A stretch of DNA of 28,772 bases, from IMG/VR virus record IMGVR_UViG_3300025168_000465, positions 1 through 28,772 of that record. One strand, 5' to 3'. Both the position numbers and the translations under genes were made by a program. Below, one piece after another: positions 24,761 to 28,772 of this stretch (positions within the stretch are counted from its first letter, which is position 1; every line of letters starts with the position of its first letter). Source of the DNA: a virus. Lineage: Duplodnaviria > Caudoviricetes. The notes beneath the pieces are model-generated. The model saw only the letters and a list, made by a program, of their open reading frames with translations, ran no database searches and was not told the origin of the DNA.

Positions 24761-26133
24761 GTAAGATAGAAGTAAATACAGTAGATGTACAATGTGGATC
24801 AACTTTAACTTTAGGGTCAGCAGGTAAAACAGTTGCTATTGCATCAGGTGCTTCTACAAGTGGTATGGGTCGTACTGGTACAGTAGATTGGTGTACAACA
24901 GCTAAAACCAGTCCATTGACAGCAGTTAGTGGTAAAGGATATTTTATAAATACAACAGGGGGTTCAGTTACAGTTACCTTACCTAGCTCACCAACAGCAG
25001 GTGATATTATTGCTATTGCTGATTACACAAATACTTTTCAAACAAATGCAGTAACTGTTGGAAGAGGTGGTTCTAAAATTGGTGGAGTATGTGCTAATGC
25101 AAGTTTAGAAACACAAGGTCAATCAGTAACTTTTGTTTATGTAGATGCAACAGAGGGTTGGAAAAATATACAAGATTCAACATCAAATGTAACAGGTGAA
25201 ACTTTTTTATCAGCATCAGGTGGAAACGCAACAGTAACTTGTGGTAATTTTAAAACACACATTTTTACAGGATCAGGAACTTTTACAGTAAATTCTATTT
25301 CAGGATCATCTTCAAATAATAATGTAGATTATCTAGTTGTAGCAGGTGCTGGAGGTTCAGGAACAGGAAGTGGTGGTGGAGGTGGTGGAGGAGCTGGAGG
25401 ATTTAGAGTATCTAATAGTTTAAGTTTACCAGCACCAACAATGTCACCATTAGTAAGTCCAACTGGTTTGCCAGTTACAGCAACAGGTTATCCAATAACT
25501 ATTGGTGCTGGGGGTGCAGGATCACCAAATGGATCAGCTGTTTCTAATAATGGAACAAATTCAGTTTTTAGTACAATAACATCTGCTGGAGGTGGAGGAG
25601 GTGGAGCTTATAATCCAGCTTTAGGTTTAAATGGTGGTTCAGGAGGTGGAGGTGGTGATCCTGATAGTCCTCCATCAAATGCAGGAGGTTCAGGTAATAC
25701 TCCAGGAGTTAGTCCACCACAAGGTAATAATGGTGGTTCAGGTTCACCTCCAGGAGGAAGTGATACCCCACAAGCAGGTGGTGGTGGAGGAGGTGCAGGT
25801 GGTGTAGGAACAGCAGGAACACAACCAAGTACAGGAGGTGCAGGAGGAGTAGGTTCATATGTTTCAAATTCATTTATAAGTCCAGCCGCACCAAGTTATG
25901 GAACAGCAGGTCCAGTTTCAAGTGTAAGATACTTTGCTGGAGGTGGAGGTGGAAGTGCCGCAAACAATGCTGGAGCAGGAGGTGCTGGAGGTGGTGGTGC
26001 TGGGTCAAGTGGAACTGGTAATACAGGAACAGCAAATACAGGTGGCGGAGCAGGTGGTGCAAAAACTGATCCTGATGTTGCTAATAGAAGTGGTGGATCA
26101 GGAATAGTAATGATTAGATATAGATTTCAATAA
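24757..26133 (+). CDS. Glycine-rich tail fibre / receptor-binding protein, paralog 1 (458 aa)
   Basis: N-terminal VTLPSSP..GD domain, then KTHIFT, YLVVAG and poly-Gly blocks; ends GGSGIVMIRYRFQ. Confidence 0.8.
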   Translation: MSKIEVNTVDVQCGSTLTLGSAGKTVAIASGASTSGMGRTGTVDWCTTAKTSPLTAVSGKGYFINTTGGSVTVTLPSSPTAGDIIAIADYTNTFQTNAVTVGRGGSKIGGVCANASLETQGQSVTFVYVDATEGWKNIQDSTSNVTGETFLSASGGNATVTCGNFKTHIFTGSGTFTVNSISGSSSNNNVDYLVVAGAGGSGTGSGGGGGGGAGGFRVSNSLSLPAPTMSPLVSPTGLPVTATGYPITIGAGGAGSPNGSAVSNNGTNSVFSTITSAGGGGGGAYNPALGLNGGSGGGGGDPDSPPSNAGGSGNTPGVSPPQGNNGGSGSPPGGSDTPQAGGGGGGAGGVGTAGTQPSTGGAGGVGSYVSNSFISPAAPSYGTAGPVSSVRYFAGGGGGSAANNAGAGGAGGGGAGSSGTGNTGTANTGGGAGGAKTDPDVANRSGGSGIVMIRYRFQ

Positions 26134-26143
26134 GGATTAAATT

Positions 26144-27511
26144 ATGACAAGTACAATTAAAGTAAATACAATAACATCGTGTGGTTCAACACTCACAATA
26201 GGCGGAGCAGGTAAAACTGTTTCTATTGCCTGTGGAGCAACTACATCAGGAATGGGTAGAGCAGGAGCAGTTGATTGGTGTGCAACTATTTATACTAACA
26301 GTCCAGGAACTGTAACTGGTGTAAGTGGTAAGGGTTATTTTTTGAATACTACTTCAGGTGCAATAACAATAAATTTACCATCTTCCCCATCAGTTGGAGA
26401 TATAATTTCAATAAAAGATTATGCTAATACTTTTGATACTAATAAAACTACAATAGGAAGAGGAGGATCAAAAATATATGGTACTTGTTTAGATGCAGAA
26501 TTAACAACAGAGGGTCAAACTGTAACTTTGATTTATGCAGATTCAACAAAAGGTTGGATAAATGTTCAGAATGATACAACAGTTCAAGGAAGTCAATTTT
26601 TGACTGCAACAGGTGGAACTATTACAACAAGTGGTGATTATAAAATACATACTTTTAATGCAGATGGAAACTTTGTAGTTTCAGGAGTAGGTCCAGCAGG
26701 AGTAGGAAATAAAACATCTTATTTGGTAGTAGCAGGTGGAGGAGGTGGAGCAGGTAATCCAGGAACTTCTGATGGTTCATCAGGTGGAGGAGCAGGAGGT
26801 TTTAGAGAGGGTAAATGCTCTAGTGACCCATATACAGATAGCCCTTTAGATTCAGGTACAGCTTTAACAGTTACAGCGCAATCATACCCAATTACAGTTG
26901 GAGGCGGTGGAACTGCTGGACCAGCTACTCTTTATGGAGGAAAAGGTAATAATTCAATTTTTAGCTCAATAACATCTACAGGTGGTGGAGGTGGTCAATA
27001 CCCAGCACCACCTTATGCACCAGCAACTAATAGAAATGGTGGTTCAGGTGCAGGTGCGGCCGCATCAGGTAATGCTTCAGCAAATCAAGTTGGAACTGGT
27101 AATCAACCACCAGTATCTCCTGCACAAGGAAACAATGGTGGAAATTATATAAGTGATGGTGCCAGTGCCGCAGGTGGTGGTGGTGGAGCAGGTGCTGTTG
27201 GAAGTAATGCTCCAGGACCTACAGTAGGAGGTGCTGGTGGTGCAGGAGCAACAACTTCTATCAATGGATCACCAGTACAAAGAGCAGGTGGTGGAGCTGG
27301 TGCTACATATCCAAATGGAACAGGTGGTACTGGTGGAGCAGGTGGTGGAGGTGATGCAGGTGGATCACCAGGAAATCCAAATCCAGGAGGTCAATCAGCA
27401 ACAGCTAATACTGGAGGTGGAGGTGGTGCTAGTAGAGCTACTCCAAGTGCGCCAACTTCAGGAGGTGCAGGTGGATCAGGCGTAGTAATTATAAGATACA
27501 AATTTCAATAG
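26144..27511 (+). CDS. Glycine-rich tail fibre / receptor-binding protein, paralog 2 (455 aa)
   Basis: Same architecture as paralog 1; ends GGSGVVIIRYKFQ. Confidence 0.8.
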   Translation: MTSTIKVNTITSCGSTLTIGGAGKTVSIACGATTSGMGRAGAVDWCATIYTNSPGTVTGVSGKGYFLNTTSGAITINLPSSPSVGDIISIKDYANTFDTNKTTIGRGGSKIYGTCLDAELTTEGQTVTLIYADSTKGWINVQNDTTVQGSQFLTATGGTITTSGDYKIHTFNADGNFVVSGVGPAGVGNKTSYLVVAGGGGGAGNPGTSDGSSGGGAGGFREGKCSSDPYTDSPLDSGTALTVTAQSYPITVGGGGTAGPATLYGGKGNNSIFSSITSTGGGGGQYPAPPYAPATNRNGGSGAGAAASGNASANQVGTGNQPPVSPAQGNNGGNYISDGASAAGGGGGAGAVGSNAPGPTVGGAGGAGATTSINGSPVQRAGGGAGATYPNGTGGTGGAGGGGDAGGSPGNPNPGGQSATANTGGGGGASRATPSAPTSGGAGGSGVVIIRYKFQ

Positions 27512-27518
27512 GTAATTT

Positions 27519-28772
27519 ATGAGTGAACTTAAAGTAAATAAAATCACTCCAAAAACTGGCACAACAGTACAGTTGGGAGAATCAGGAGATACAATAACAA
27601 TACCAGCAGGTGCTACATTAACTAATAGTGGTACAGCAACTGGCTTCGGTTTATCTTTTTGCACGACTGTTAAAAGTTCTCCATTCACAGCAACAGCTAA
27701 TAAAGGTTTTTTAATTAATACAGGATCAACAGTTACAGTAACTTTACCAGCTTCACCAAGTGCTGGTGATGAATTAATAATTGTAGATCAAACAGGTCAA
27801 GCGGCAACAAACAATATAACACTTGCTAGAAATGGAAGTAAATTAAAAGGTGGTTGTATTGATGGAACAATAGAAATTAATAGAGGTGGTTTAAGATTAG
27901 TTTATTCAGGAGCACCTCAAGGTTGGATTACAGCAACAGCAGGTAATGACGCAACAGCAGTCACAGAAAAATTTGTTACAGCAAGTGGTGGTGCAGTAAC
28001 TACGAGTGGAAATTTTAAAATACATACATTTACATCAGACTCAACATTTACAGTAACTTGTGGTGGAAATCCAGGAGGGTCAAACACAGTTTCTTATGTA
28101 GTAGTTGCAGGTGGTGGTGGTGCAGGTGGTGATGGTGGAGGCGGAGGTGGTGCTGGTGGTTATAGAGAGGGTTTAGGTTTAAATGATTCTTTTACAGGTT
28201 CACCATTAAGAAGTCCAACAGGTGTACCAGTTTCTGCAAGTCCAGGAAGTTATCCAATTGTAGTAGGAGGTGGAGGTGCTGGAGGTTCACAACCAGCAAC
28301 AGGAGCAGTAGGAAGTAATTCAAGTTTTTCAACAATAATATCAGCAGGTGGTGGTATAGGTGGTGGAAGAGGTGCGGCAGGAAATGGTGGTTCAGGTGGA
28401 GGTGGACAAAGAGGTTCACCACAAACAGGTGGCACAGGAAACACACCCCCAGTTTCACCAGCACAAGGAACTAATGGTGGTAATGGTGGTCCACCGAATG
28501 GTGGCGATGGTGGAGGTGGTGGTGGTGGTGCTACAGTTGCAGGTTCAGTAAATGCTACTTGTTGTGGAGGTGCAGGAGGTGCAGGCGCAACTTCCGTAAT
28601 TAATGGAACTCCAACTGCAAGAGCAGGTGGCGGAGGAGGTGGAGCAACACCTGCCCCATCTACAAAAGGTGCTGGAGGTGCAGGAGGTGGAGGTAATGGT
28701 TCAGGTTGTGGAACTTCAGGAAATGCAACATCTGCTACAGCTAACACTGGAGGTGGTGGAGGAGGATCATCA
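27519..28772 (+). CDS. Glycine-rich tail fibre / receptor-binding protein, paralog 3; 3'-truncated, not in the ORF track
   Basis: ATG 27519, MSELKVNKITPKTGTTVQLG...VTLPASPSAGD...FKIHTFT...YVVVAGGGG; open to the window end. Confidence 0.8.
   Translation, partial: MSELKVNKITPKTGTTVQLGESGDTITIPAGATLTNSGTATGFGLSFCTTVKSSPFTATANKGFLINTGSTVTVTLPASPSAGDELIIVDQTGQAATNNITLARNGSKLKGGCIDGTIEINRGGLRLVYSGAPQGWITATAGNDATAVTEKFVTASGGAVTTSGNFKIHTFTSDSTFTVTCGGNPGGSNTVSYVVVAGGGGAGGDGGGGGGAGGYREGLGLNDSFTGSPLRSPTGVPVSASPGSYPIVVGGGGAGGSQPATGAVGSNSSFSTIISAGGGIGGGRGAAGNGGSGGGGQRGSPQTGGTGNTPPVSPAQGTNGGNGGPPNGGDGGGGGGGATVAGSVNATCCGGAGGAGATSVINGTPTARAGGGGGGATPAPSTKGAGGAGGGGNGSGCGTSGNATSATANTGGGGGGSS

Larger units (their letters stand above)
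1..28772. mobile_element. Tailed phage (siphovirus-type) genome segment: modification genes, small early-type operon, packaging/head/tail region
   Basis: Canonical order terminase-portal-protease-capsid-neck-tail tube-chaperones-tape measure-tail tip-fibres; no host housekeeping genes; no sheath gene. Free phage versus prophage cannot be decided from this window. Confidence 0.95.

Noticed and set aside
28250-28747. Pro-rich 165-aa minus-strand ORF and alternate-frame ORFs in the fibre genes
   Set aside because: Mirror of GGT/GGA Gly codons in paralog 3; a compositional artefact.
24757-28772. Diversity-generating retroelement or DNA repeat array in the fibre genes
   Set aside because: No reverse transcriptase and no near-identical TR/VR pair differing at adenines was seen; similarity is at protein level and in Gly codon runs.

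Overview
AT-rich (roughly one-third GC by eye) segment of a tailed dsDNA phage genome with siphovirus-type morphogenesis genes. The head is HK97-like and the neck/tail genes are GTA/TP901-1-like; gene content suggests a marine alphaproteobacterial host, possibly SAR11-like (inference). Left to right: (1) a 5'-truncated PP-loop/PAPS-reductase-like gene, a ParB/Srx-like gene and a second PP-loop gene (candidate DNA-modification module); (2) a convergent minus-strand operon of five small genes ending in a minimal SET-domain gene; (3) a divergent control region with tandem repeats and an alphaproteobacterial LexA-type box; (4) the late operon: Zn-finger ORF, TerS, TerL, portal with a long C-terminal extension, MuF-like protein, prohead protease with N-terminal extra domains, major capsid, neck, tail tube, tail chaperones with a -1 frameshift site, tape measure, Dit-like gene, a six-gene inserted cassette, hub, NlpC/P60-like gene, tail tip, and a split fibre module with at least three paralogous Gly-rich proteins running off the window. 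Across the window GCWGC and CATG are strongly avoided through synonymous codon choice. All family assignments come from motif recognition by eye, not database searches. No tRNA, rRNA, CRISPR array or integrase was seen.
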